This document shows, piece by piece, positions 12,992 to 25,500 of a stretch of 64,000 nt of DNA; position 1 is the stretch's first letter; each line of letters starts with the position of its first letter. This DNA comes from Tubulanus polymorphus (taxonomy: Eukaryota > Animalia > Nemertea): NCBI RefSeq assembly GCF_964204645.1, contig NC_134025.1:19691101-19755100 (forward strand). Reading direction: 5' to 3'. Position numbers and translations under genes: made by a program. The notes under the pieces are model-generated. The model did not search any database. It was not told the DNA's origin and was given only the letters and a program-made list of their open reading frames with translations.

Positions 12992-13363
12992 CAAATCTGT
13001 TAGCATTAGTTACTAAACTGCTGCACCCCGTATAAAGATACTGCAATAATCATTTAAGTCTCACTCTTCATAACTGCTGTATTATCAAAATATATAAAAT
13101 AGCATCTTATGTATTAGTATATTATGTAAAGATTTCAATATAATAATTTGTCTCTCTTCGTGACAATCTGAGGCTGTCATACTGCTGATCCCTACCAGTA
13201 TTTGTAAATAACTAATTAATTTTGTATTACATTTTCATAGATATTTTCTTTGACAAATAGTGTGGAAGCCCAGGATTGGGCTTGTTTGTTTAGCAAATAA
13301 ATGTTTGATTTGTGATAAATATCTGACTTATGAGTGGTGCTGAAGTCTGGTGGCAGCAGAGAG

Positions 13364-13593
13364 CATAGGTGTCGCCAGGGGGGTTCGGGGGAGCGAACGA
13401 ACCCCCTTTTTCGGCTAGGTTTCTTCGTTTTTTACTATATAAAAACTCCACAAGGTGGCGGGAAAACGCTTTAAATCGCTCCTAATTTTCAAAATTTTCT
13501 TCGGTCCTCGTCAAAGGCAGCTTCGCTGCCTTACTAGATTTACCAAATTGCCGATATTCGGACCCCCATAAAAAAATCCCGGCGACGCCTATG
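13364..13593. mobile_element. Short hAT-like MITE with 5-bp TSD
   Basis: TIRs CATAGGTGTCGCC / GGCGACGCCTATG, with GAGAG on both sides. Confidence 0.7.
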
Positions 13594-13959
13594 GAGAGGC
13601 CTGTATTTATTTTCGGCCCTTCAGAAGGAGCTCAAGGACGTAGACTTGATTCCCTGCAGAGGCTAAGAGGATATTCCCCCGTATAATTTTTTATTTACAA
13701 GGACACAAAAGTCTAGACTTGGGACTCTTTGGGATCTGGCATAATTGAGGACAGCGTCTTCTACACACGGTGTCTACTTCAGTATAAATTATAATTAATA
13801 AAATTGAGCATATAATTCCCCAATTTTATTAACATTATAATCAAGGATTATATTCTAGACTCCAATTTTCGTTTTGTTACTGAGTGGGTTTCGTTATTCA
13901 ACTTATTCCAGATTTATAAGGAACACGTGTTTTATGTATACCGGTAGTTATTGTGTTTA

Positions 13960-14430
13960 CATGTTGAGATCACGTGATAGCATGTCATATGGAGAAACAA
14001 AATGGCGGACCTGGTGTGAAAAAAAAATTCGCCCCCTGGCCTCACGAAGCGTGATTTCATTTCATTACTAGCGCTGTTGCGCATGACGTCATATATCAAC
14101 ACGCGACAATACTTCCGCGTTCGCTACGTGTTCGCTGATTGGTCCATTTACCGGGAAATTCCATAGATGCCTAGGGCGTACTCTATTATGACCTCCGAAG
14201 TCTCCGTCCGAAATCTCCGGTTGGCTCCACACAAAATCCGAATCACACCACCTCGACAGAAAGGAGGTTTCGGAGACTCCAAAAAGTCACGTGACCAATA
14301 AAAGAGTACGATTGGAGGCAAACGGATTCTCCGATCTGATAAAAGAGTTCGCCCCTAATGTCGTTTGTAACAAGCGCTGTGATTGGCCCGACCTGATTCT
14401 GGTCGGCTAGTAACGACTCCAACGTTAGTA
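13960..14430. promoter_or_regulatory. CpG-rich promoter-like region
   Basis: Clustered AAATGGCG (YY1-like), TGACGTCA (CRE), CACGTG (E-box) and several CCAAT/ATTGG boxes. No linked transcript identified. Confidence 0.4.
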
Positions 14431-14540
14431 GTGTACCAGAACACCGTTTCAAGATGGCGGCTATGTAGAGGGCGCCATGGGACAATACAGTAAGAATAGA
14501 ACATTTCCACCGCATACAACACGGGCCGAAAGCATCCGTA

Positions 14541-16977
14541 GTATCACTGGTATCGGTGGTATCGGGGTAGCAGTAGTATCATCGGTCTCGGAGAGGATCG
14601 GGCAGTATCACTGGTAACAGTGGTATCGGGGTAGCAGTAGTATCATCGGTCTCCAGAAGGATCGGGCAGTATCACTGGTAACAGTGGTATCGGGGTATCA
14701 GTAGTATCACCGGTCTCCAGAAGGATCGGGCGGTATCACTGGTAACAGTGGTATCGGGGTAGCAGTAGTATCATCGGTCTCGGAGAGGATCGGGCAGTAT
14801 CAGTGGTATCGGGGTAGCAGTAGTATCATCGGTCTCGGAGACGATCGGACGGTATCACTGGTAACAGTGGAATCGGGGTATCAGTAGTATCACCGGTCTC
14901 GGAGAGGATCGGGCAGTATCACTGGTAACAGTGGTATCGGGGTAGCAGTAGTATCGCCGGTCTCGGAGATGATCGGACAGTATCACTTGTATCAGTGGTA
15001 TCGGGGTAGCAGTAGTATCATCGGTCTCGGAGACGATCGGACAGTATCACTGGTATCGGTGGTATCGAAGTAGCAGTAGTATCACCGGTCTCCAGAAGGA
15101 TCGGGCAGTATCACTGGTAACAGTGGTATCGGGGTAGCAGTAGTATCACCGGTCTCCAGAAGGATCGGGCAGTATCACTGGTATCGGTGGTATCGGGGTA
15201 GCAGTAGTATCATCGGTCTCCAGAAGGATCGGTCAGTATCACTGGTAACAGTGGTATCGGGGTAGCAGTAGTATCACCGGTCTCCTGAAGGATCGGGCAG
15301 TATCACTGGTATCAGTGGTATCGGGGTAGCAGTAGTATCACCTGTCTCGAAGAGGATCGGTCAGTATCACTGGTAACAGTGGCATCGGGGTAGCAGTAGT
15401 ATCACCGGTCTCCCGAAGGATCGGACAGTATCACTGGTAACAGTGGTATCGGGGTAGCAGTAGTATCACCGGTCTCCAGAAGGATCGGTCAGTATCACTG
15501 GTAACAGTGGCATCGGGGTAGCAGTAGTATCACCGGTCTCCCGAAGGATCGGGCAGTATCACTGGTAACAGTGGTATCGGGGTAGCAGTAGTATCACCGG
15601 TCTCCAGAAGGATCGGTCAGTATCACTGGTATCGGTGGTATCGGGGTAGCAGTAGTATCACCGGTCTCGGAGAGGATCGGGCAGTATCACTGGTATCGGG
15701 GTAGCAGTAGTATCACCGGTCTCCAGAAGGATCGGTCAGTATCACTGGTATCAGTGGTATCGGGGTAGCAGTAGTATCACCGGTCTCCAGAAGGATCGGG
15801 CAGTATCACTGGTATCGGTGGTATCGGGGTAGCAGTAGTATCACCGGTCTCCAGAAGGATCGGACAGTATCACTGGTATCGGTGGTATCGGGGTATCAGT
15901 AGTATCACCGATCTCCTGAAGGATCGGGCAGTATCACTGGTATCGGGGTAGCAGTAGTATCACCGGGCTCCCGAAGGATCGGGCAGTATCACTGGTAACA
16001 GTGGTATCGGGGTAGCAGTAGTATCATCGGTCTCGGAGAGGATCGGGCAGTATCACTGGTAACAGTGGTATCGGGGTAGCAGTAGTATCATCGGTCTCGG
16101 AGAGGATCGGGCAGTATCACTGGTAACAGTGGTATCGGGGTAGCAGTAGTATCATCGGTCTCGGAGAGGATCGGGCAGTATCACTGGTAACAGTGGTATC
16201 GGGGTAGCAGTAGTATCATCGGTCTCGGAGAGGATCGGGCAGTATCACTGGTAACAGTGGTATCGGGGTAGCAGTAGTATCATCGGTCTCCAGAAGGATC
16301 GGGCAGTATCACTGGTAACAGTGGTATCGGGGTAGCCGTAGTATCATCGGTCTCGGAGAGGATCGGACAGTATCACTGGTAACAGTGGTATCGGGGTAGC
16401 AGTAGTATCATCGGTCTCGGAGAGGATCGGGCAGTATCACTGGTGACAGTGGTATCGGGGTAGCAGTAGTATCGTCGGTCTCGGAGAGGATCGGACAGTA
16501 TCACTGGTAACAGTGGTATCGGGGTAGCAGTAGTATCATCGGTCTCGGAGAGGATCGGGCAGTATCACTGGTAACAGTGGTATCGGGGTAGCAGTAGTAT
16601 CATCGGTCTCGGAGAGGATCGGGCAGTATCACTGGTAACAGTGGTATCGGGGTAGCAGTAGTATCACCGGTCTCCAGAAGGATCAGGCAGTATCACTGGT
16701 AACAGTGGTATCGGGGTATCAGTAGTATCACCGGTCTCCAGAAGGATCGGGCAGTATCACTGGTAACAGTGGTATCGGGGTAGCAGTAGTATCATCGGTC
16801 TCGGAGAGGATCGGACAGTATCACTGGTATCGGTGGTATCGGGGTAGCAGTAGTATCACCGGTCTCCAGAAGGATCGGGCAGTATAACTGGTATCGGTGG
16901 TATCGGGGTAGCAGTAGTATCACCGGTCTCCAGAAGGATCGGGCAGTATCACTGGTATCAGTGGTATCGGGGTAGCA
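14541..16977 (+). repeat. 64-bp tandem satellite array (~38 monomers) preceded by a conserved 110-bp head (14431-14540)
   Basis: Unit GTATCACTGGTAACAGTGGTATCGGGGTAGCAGTAGTATCATCGGTCTCGGAGAGGATCGGGCA. The period of 64 was measured at 16021/16085. Confidence 0.97.
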
Positions 16978-17973
16978 CAGTCAAACCTCGTTACAACGAA
17001 GTTCTGGGGACAAAATAAAAACGTCGTCGTATCCGATAATTCGTTGGTGCGCCGTATCCATTGCCTGGTAATACTATCCGTACTAAGTTTTTGGACTATG
17101 AATAATACATAGCAGCTAAGGATCAGGAAGATTTGTTGAAGGCGTATCAAATTCACTAACTTCAGCGGGCCACTCATATGAGGTATGGAGGGATCTATTG
17201 AATTCAGATAGAATTAACAACAAAATTCCGGATTGTGTCATATCACTTTATTTTACAATGTATCGCATTTAATAACATACAAGACTTTTCACACAGAATA
17301 ATCTATTTCCTAATATTTGAAAGAGCATCACCTCCATTTTGTATCCAATTACAAGCATTCAGAGCATTAGTTAAAAATAATCCTTAATCTGTCAAAATGT
17401 ATAGATGTAGCAAACAGATTTTAAGTGAAATGTTATACTCTACTTAACATACATACAGTACATACAAAGCTTAATTAACATGACCACACATGCACTGTGA
17501 AGATAAACTAGATAAAGGGTAATTACAAAAAAATTAGTTATGTCACAAGTCACTCACTAACTAGTGTTTCTCAATTTTAAACAGCCTTATTAAGTATATT
17601 GTAAACATACATATGCATCAGTAAACAAGATTGCAGAGTAAGACTATGAAGAAAAAATCATTGCTATTATGTACAATATATGATACAATAATTACCTGAG
17701 AAATATAATCACTAATGAAGTCATACAACACAAAAATATGAAAAGCATACAAAACAGAAATGCATCAGACAACAACTTTGACATCATTGACAACAACTCA
17801 GCCTTAGTAGCATTGGTATTGAAAATATTTCACTAATTGACTATCGGCTGTGTAAATAGAAGGTGCATCAAAATACCTATTCGTAAAATTCAACAACTTG
17901 AGTGTAATACTAAGTTGACCAGCACTGAGTAAGGCGGACGCAACTGTACACATATGGATGAAGAGTATAATTT

Positions 17974-18893
17974 GGTAACAGGTAAAAATCGCTCCTAGGT
18001 AAAAAAAATCCCCCAAAATCCCCCCACATTTGATTTCACAGCAAAATTCAATGAAATACTTCAATATTCTTTAGTTGAAAAACTTTAATAGTTTTGCAAA
18101 AATTTCCAATTTTCCCTTGTGTTTTTCACATTCACCTCGGAAAATCTCTGACCGGTGCAGTGAAAATCCCCTTGGTAAAAATCCCTAATTCTTCAAAGTA
18201 GGTAAAAATCCCCCTCCTTCTGAATGTAGTGTAAGTAGATACAATCTTAAGGTCAATTAATTCATATTTACCGGTATTTCATATTTATGATGTACATATC
18301 CTATTTATTATTGTGGAATATCATAAGGATATCATGAGCATACAAATTATTGCATATACTTTTTGAATTAAAACATACTACAAAAATTCATTAAAACTAA
18401 ATTAGTACTCAAAAGTTATCACACAGCTTAATGAAAGGGTTCATAGCTCTTTTCAAATACATTACACTAGCTTGAAACTAAAATATCTAGAATTAAAAGT
18501 TCACTATTGCTTAAAATTCATGGGCATTGCACTGCTCAAATATACCACATTGTCAACTAAAGTTCACAGTTCAAAAATATTCCTGTTCGAATTTTAGATA
18601 TTACAAATAATTTTTTATTATTCAGCTAGTTACAGAATAGTTATATACATTGGATGAAGTACATTATTCTTATTAATTCTAACAATTTATTTTATTTTTT
18701 TTAGAGTTTACTTAATAATTTGTCCCAACGAAAGATGTCATTGCTCAGTTCAAACATATTTCAGCCTCATTGCAAAAGAAATAAAATGGGAGTAACATTT
18801 TGCTTTGAAATGTTCTTGAAAATCACTAAGTGGGGATTTTTACCTACTTTTAATATTTGGGGATTTTTACCCAGGGGCTATTTACCTACAACC
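17974..18893. mobile_element. Dispersed repeat/MITE with three related copies (also ~20095-20730 and ~22197-22526)
   Basis: The block TTCAAAGTAGGTAAAAATCCCC...AATGTAGTGTAAGTA...AAGGTCAATTAATTCATATTT recurs three times. Ends are imperfect TIRs GGTAACAGGTAAAAAT / TATTTACCTACAACC. Confidence 0.65.
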
Positions 18894-21800
18894 AGAATTT
18901 TGGCATTAATTAATTTTGCCTATTGAGAACGGAAAGTTCAGTGGTTACAGATAATTTTTAAACCGCCCATGTGTTTAATTACAATCAAAGCGAGTTAATA
19001 TATCCATGCAATGATTTTAAAAAGACATATTATAGAATCAGCTATTATACAAACTTGTTAATTGTGTAAATTGCACATTAACCATAAAGAAGAATTCATT
19101 GAGTGACCATGAATATTATAGGCCTAGAATTTTGCCATTAATTAATTTTGCCTATTGACATGTGAACTCATTACATGATATTTCAAATTTAAGAAGATTT
19201 TAAATTTATAATACAACTAATCACATCAAAGTAGAACCATTATTTGTAATCAAATATAAGAATTGTTATTAAAATATATTACAAAGTTTGTTTTCTGGTG
19301 TTATTATGATGTGAAAGCAACTACATTACCAACTTAGTAATGATAGACTGGGACATATTTTCGTTGTGGTTTCATAATAATAAATTTGATCGTATAATTT
19401 TAAATTCTAAGTGTGGGATTTCTTCATTTATCTACAGTATACACGGTGTTTATTCGAAAACTAACATTATTGTACTTTTGAAAAGAATAACCTCAGGTCA
19501 ACAATGTGTTCATATATTGAATAATCATTGATCTATAAGAAACCATGGGGATTAATTAGATTAAAGGTTTCATTGAATAAAGCAAATTGCCTTGCTATTG
19601 TCAGATTGAGTCAGGTGGAACTTGAATTTAGCTCACATACTTAACTTGACGAAGAAAATACCATCGATGAAGAATTTCTGAAGTTTTCACAACTGCTGAA
19701 AGACGCACCAACGTACATGATCGACGTCATCGAAGTTGATTAAAAAGGAGAAGGCAGCGACCTCAGCCCTTATAAGTGGACCAACATCCCTTATAAGGGC
19801 ACCTAAATTTCCAGAAAAGAGCCAGTTATTATAGCCTGTCCTCGCTTTTTGCTATCACTGCCATTTGAATTATATATTCATATCGGACTTTTTCACTTTG
19901 GGAATTCAACAAGCAAGTGGTTCAGAGGTTTGATTATAGCGGGTGCTTTAGTCAGGGTTTTTTGCGAATTTTTGACATTCACTAAAGGTTTTGGAAAATA
20001 CGAATTTTATTCTAGGCCCATGAAATATTATTAAGGGATTTTTACCAAGGGGGATTTTTCCCTAGGGGGGATCTTTACCTTGTGGAAAATCTCCACAGGT
20101 AGAAATCCCTTAGTAAAAATCCCCAATTCTTCAAAGTAGGTAAAAGTCCCCCTTTTTCTGAATGTAGTGTAAGTAATCTTAAGGTCAATTAATTCATATT
20201 TATTGATACATATATCCAATTAATTCATATTTTTCTGTGGCACACCTTAAGGATATCATGAGCATACAAACTATAATATACACTATTTGAATTAAAACAT
20301 ACTACAAATTAACAGTTGTTTAATACTAAATTAGTACCGTTATTATTAGTACGCAGTTAGTTTTCGCAGTCAATGAAAGGGTTCATCGCACATTTCAAAT
20401 ATATTACACTGGCTTGAATCATAAGGACCTAGAATTAAAAGTTCGTTATTGCTCATAATTCATGGCATCGCGTAGCTCAAATATGCCACAAGTTAACAAG
20501 AGTTCATAGGTCAAAGATATTCCAGGTCTAATTTAAAGGTATTACAAATAAAAGTTTATTATTCTTATTAATTTCTAACAATTGAAATCTAAGAGTTTAC
20601 TTAAGAATTTATCACAACGAACGATTTCATTGAACAGTTCAAACATATTTCAGCCTCATTGCAAAATTAATCAAATTGGAGTATCATTTTTGAATATTTT
20701 GGGATTTCTACCTAGAGGTTTTTTTACCATAGTGTACACATGACTGTATGCTGTTCTCCTGGAATTGGAGTACTCACGGCTAGACTTATTATTCCAAGAC
20801 TGGATGCAAGTTGTACTTTCAACGGGTCCATACCTATGTTCCCCGGGTCCTATGTTCCCCCCAAGGGAAATTAAACATAAAAGGGGTCCTTTATTCCCCG
20901 GATCCGATATTCCTGGAAGATTATGGAAAATGTATAAAAAGGTCATTTGTTCCCATGGACACATACACTCAATTTCGTTCGGCGCCGGGAATTCAGAGCA
21001 TGATAACGCGCCAGGCTGCCGAGCCTGAAATGCAACCAATTAGTCGATGTGGAAAATCGGCACTACATGTATCTTTATCTTTATTCTATTAAATGAAAAT
21101 TAACGACATGAATCACAATTAAAAATCACAATAAAAACTCTCGCGGGCAAGTCTCAAAGCCTTTTTACAGTGTGACGTAACTACTAAATAAATTACCTGA
21201 TCGATCGATTAATTGTCATCTCGAATTTTTCTCGTTCAGCTGGCGTTTGCAACAAAATAAAAGCACCTTGTCTGTATCAAATTATAGTATCTAGCAAATA
21301 CATGATATGATTGATGGACTATTATTAAAAAGCATAGGTATGGACACCTCCGGTCTACCTTTTTATTGTTTGGAGAATATATGGAACCCTCGTTGTATTG
21401 TTTCCTTTGAGAGAATATAGAACCCGGGGGATATAGGACCCGGGGAATCTAGGGATTGCCCCCTTTCGACCGTGTTCATTACTCATCATTTTCAAATCAT
21501 TACTGAAACGAAGAATAGTTTGATTGATTTTTATATCAAATGGAAAAAAGTTATGCCGGTTACATGTAACCAGTCTTTCCCGCGGAATTTTCCATTGGAT
21601 TAAAACAAGTACCGGGATTATTTCTTCCCTGTTTTTCACCGCTTGCATCGACAGCTTACGTACTTTTTAACTTACATAATTCAAGTTTTGGTAGTCACAT
21701 AGCCAGATCTTGGGGTGTTAAAATATGCAGGTGGTTAATTTTACTTGAGCCCAGTACAGCAGCGATAATTCAAATGTAGAACATTTGCGAAGAATTTGCA

Positions 21801-22527
21801 GAAGCGTGTAGCATTTCAGTTTATTTCAGATACGTCCTCGTCAAGTTTTATTACTATTAGATTTTCATCACTTCAATTAATGCTTTTGTTTTGTTATACA
21901 GTCAACCCCTGATATACCATCCACATCGGTGAAGAAAATTTTGACGGTATAGAGAGTATGACGGAATATATCGTGGGTATTTTACTATGTATCTGTAAAG
22001 AGATGTACATTGTTCACAATTTAAATTGTTCATCAAATTTGGCAAATATATGCTCAGGGCAAAGAAACGTTCTGTTTATTCTGTGGTTCGCGGTAATCTG
22101 GGACAGTTCCCTCTGCTTAACATTTACTTGTCACTTATGGTCGAATAGTGGCTTCTGTAAAATAGACAGTTCGACGATGGTATATAAAGCGGCTAGTGGT
22201 AAAAATCCCCAGGGTTAAATTCCCCTAAAATCCAAATTCCTCAAAGTAGGTAAAAATCCCCTCCTTCTTAATGTAGTGTAAGTAGATACAATGTTAAGGT
22301 CAATTAATTCATATTTATGATACATATATCTAATTTATTATTGTGGAACATCTAAGGATATCATGATGTGGAACATAAAGGATACTATGATCATACATAC
22401 TTTGAATTAAAACATACTACAAATTAACACAGCTTAATGAAAGGGTTCATTGCACATTTCAAATATAATACACTAGCTTGAATCTTAAATATCTAGAATT
22501 AAAAGTTATTGCTTATAAATTCATGGT

Positions 22528-25500
22528 ATACTGCCCGATCCTTGTGGAGACCGGTGATACTGCTGCTACCATGATACCACTAATACCAGTGATACTGCCC
22601 GATCCTCCTGGAGACCAGTGATACTACTGCTACCCCGATACCACTGTTACCAGTGATACTGCCCGATCCTCTCCGAGACCGGTGATACTACTGCTACCCC
22701 GATACCACTGTTACCAGTGATACTGCCCTATCCTTCTGGAGACCGGTGATACTACTGCTACCCCGATACCACCGATACCAGTGATACTGCCCGATCCTCT
22801 GCGAGACCGGTGATACTACTGCTACCCCGATACCACCGATACCAGTGATACTGACCGATCCTTCTGGAGACCGGTGATACTACTGCTACCCCGATACCAC
22901 CGATACCAGTGATACTGCCCGATCCTCTCCGAGACCGGTGATACTACTGCTACCCCGATACCACCTATACCAGTGATACTGCCCGATCCTTCTGGAGACC
23001 GGTGATACTACTGCTACCCCGATACCACCGATACCAGTGATACTGACCGATCCTTCTGGAGACGGGTGATACTACTGCTACCCCGATACCACTGTTACCA
23101 GTGATACTGCCCTATCCTTCTGGAGACCGGTGATACTACTGCTACCCCGATACCACCGATACCAGTGATACTGCCCGATCCTCTGCGAGACCGGTGATAC
23201 TACTGCTACCCCGATACCACCGATACCAGTGATACTGACCGATCCTTCTGGAGACCGGTGATACTACTGCTACCCCGATACCACCGATACCAGTGATACT
23301 GCCCGATCCTCTCCGAGACCGGTGATACTACTGCTACCCCGATACCACCTATACCAGTGATACTGCCCGATCCTTCTGGAGACCGGTGATACTACTGCTA
23401 CCCCGATACCACCGATACCAGTGATACTGACCGATCCTTCTGGAGACCGGTGATACTACTGCTACCCCGATACCACTGTTACCAGTGATACTGCCCTATC
23501 CTTCTGGAGACCGGTGATACTACTGCTACCCCGATACCACCGATACCAGTGATACTGCCCGATCCTCTGCGAGACCGGTGATACTACTGCTACCCCGATA
23601 CCACCGATACCAGTGATACTGACCGATCCTTCTGGAGACCGGTGATACTACTGCTACCCCGATACCACCGATACCAGTGATACTGCCCGATCCTCTCCGA
23701 GACCGGTGATACTACTGCTACCCCGATACCACCTATACCAGTGATACTGCCCGATCCTTCTGGAGACCGGTGATACTACTGCTACCCCGATACCACCGAT
23801 ACCAGTGATACTGACCGATCCTTCTGGAGACCGGTGATACTACTGCTACCCCGATACCACTGTTACCAGTGATACTGCCCTATCCTTCTGGAGACCGGTG
23901 ATACTACTGCTACCCCGATACCACCGATACCAGTGATACTGCCCGATCCTCTGCGAGACCGGTGATACTACTGCTACCCCGATACCACCGATACCAGTGA
24001 TACTGACCGATCCTTCTGGAGACCGGTGATACTACTGCTACCCCGATACCACCTATACCAGTGATACTGCCCGATCCTTCTGGAGACCGGTGATACTACT
24101 GCTACCCCGATACCACCGATACCAGTGATACTGACCGATCCTTCTGGAGACCGGTGATACTACTGCTACCCCGATACCACTGTTACCAGTGATACTGCCC
24201 GATCCTTCTGGAGACCGGTGATACTACTGCTACCCCGATACCACTGTTACCAGTGATACTGACCGATCCTCTCCGAGACCGGTGATACTACTGCTACCCC
24301 GATACCACCTATACCAGTGATACTGCCCGATCCTCTTCGAGACAGGTGATACTACTGCTACCCCGATACCACCGATACCAGTGATACTGACTGATCCTTC
24401 TGGAGACCGGTGATACTACTGCTACCCCGATACCACCGATACCAGTGATACTGTCCGATCCTTCTGGAGACCGGGGATACTACTGCTACCCCGATACCAC
24501 TGTTACCAGTGATACTGCCCGATCCTTCTGGAGACCGGTGATACTACTGCTACCCCGATACCACTGTTACCAGTGATACTGCCCGATCCTCTCCGAGACC
24601 GGTGATACTACTGCTACCGCGATACCACCGATACCAGTGATACTGACCGATCCTTCTGGAGACCGGTGATACTACTGCTACCCCGATACCACTGTTACCA
24701 GTGATACTGCCCGATCTTTCAGGAGACCGGTGATACTACTGCTACCCCGATACCACTGTTACCAGTGATACTGCCCGATCTTTCAGGAGACCGGTGATAC
24801 TACTGCTACCCGGATACCACTGTCACCAGTGATACTGCCCGATCCTTCTGGAGACCGGTGATACTACTGCTACCCCGATACCACCGATACCAGTGATACT
24901 GCCCGATCCTTCTGGAGACCGGTGATACTACTGCTACCCCGATACCACCGATACCAGTGATACTGTCCGATCCTTCTGGAGACCGGTGATACTACTGCTA
25001 CCCCGATACCACTGATACCAGTGATACTGTCCGATCCTTCTGGAGACCGGTGATACTACTGCTACCCCGATACCACTGTTACCAGTGATACTGCCCTATC
25101 CTTCTGGAGACCGGTGATACTACTGCTACCCCGATACCACCGATACCAGTGATACTGCCCGATCCTCTGCGAGACCGGTGATACTACTGCTACCCCGATA
25201 CCACCGATACCAGTGATACTGACCGATCCTTCTGGAGACCGGTGATACTACTGCTACCCCGATACCACCGATACCAGTGATACTGCCCGATCCTCTCCGA
25301 GACCGGTGATACTACTGCTACCCCGATACCACCTATACCAGTGATACTGCCCGATCCTTCTGGAGACCGGTGATACTACTGCTACCCCGATACCACCGAT
25401 ACCAGTGATACTGACCGATCCTTCTGGAGACCGGTGATACTACTGCTACCCCGATACCACTGTTACCAGTGATACTGCCCTATCCTTCTGGAGACCGGTG

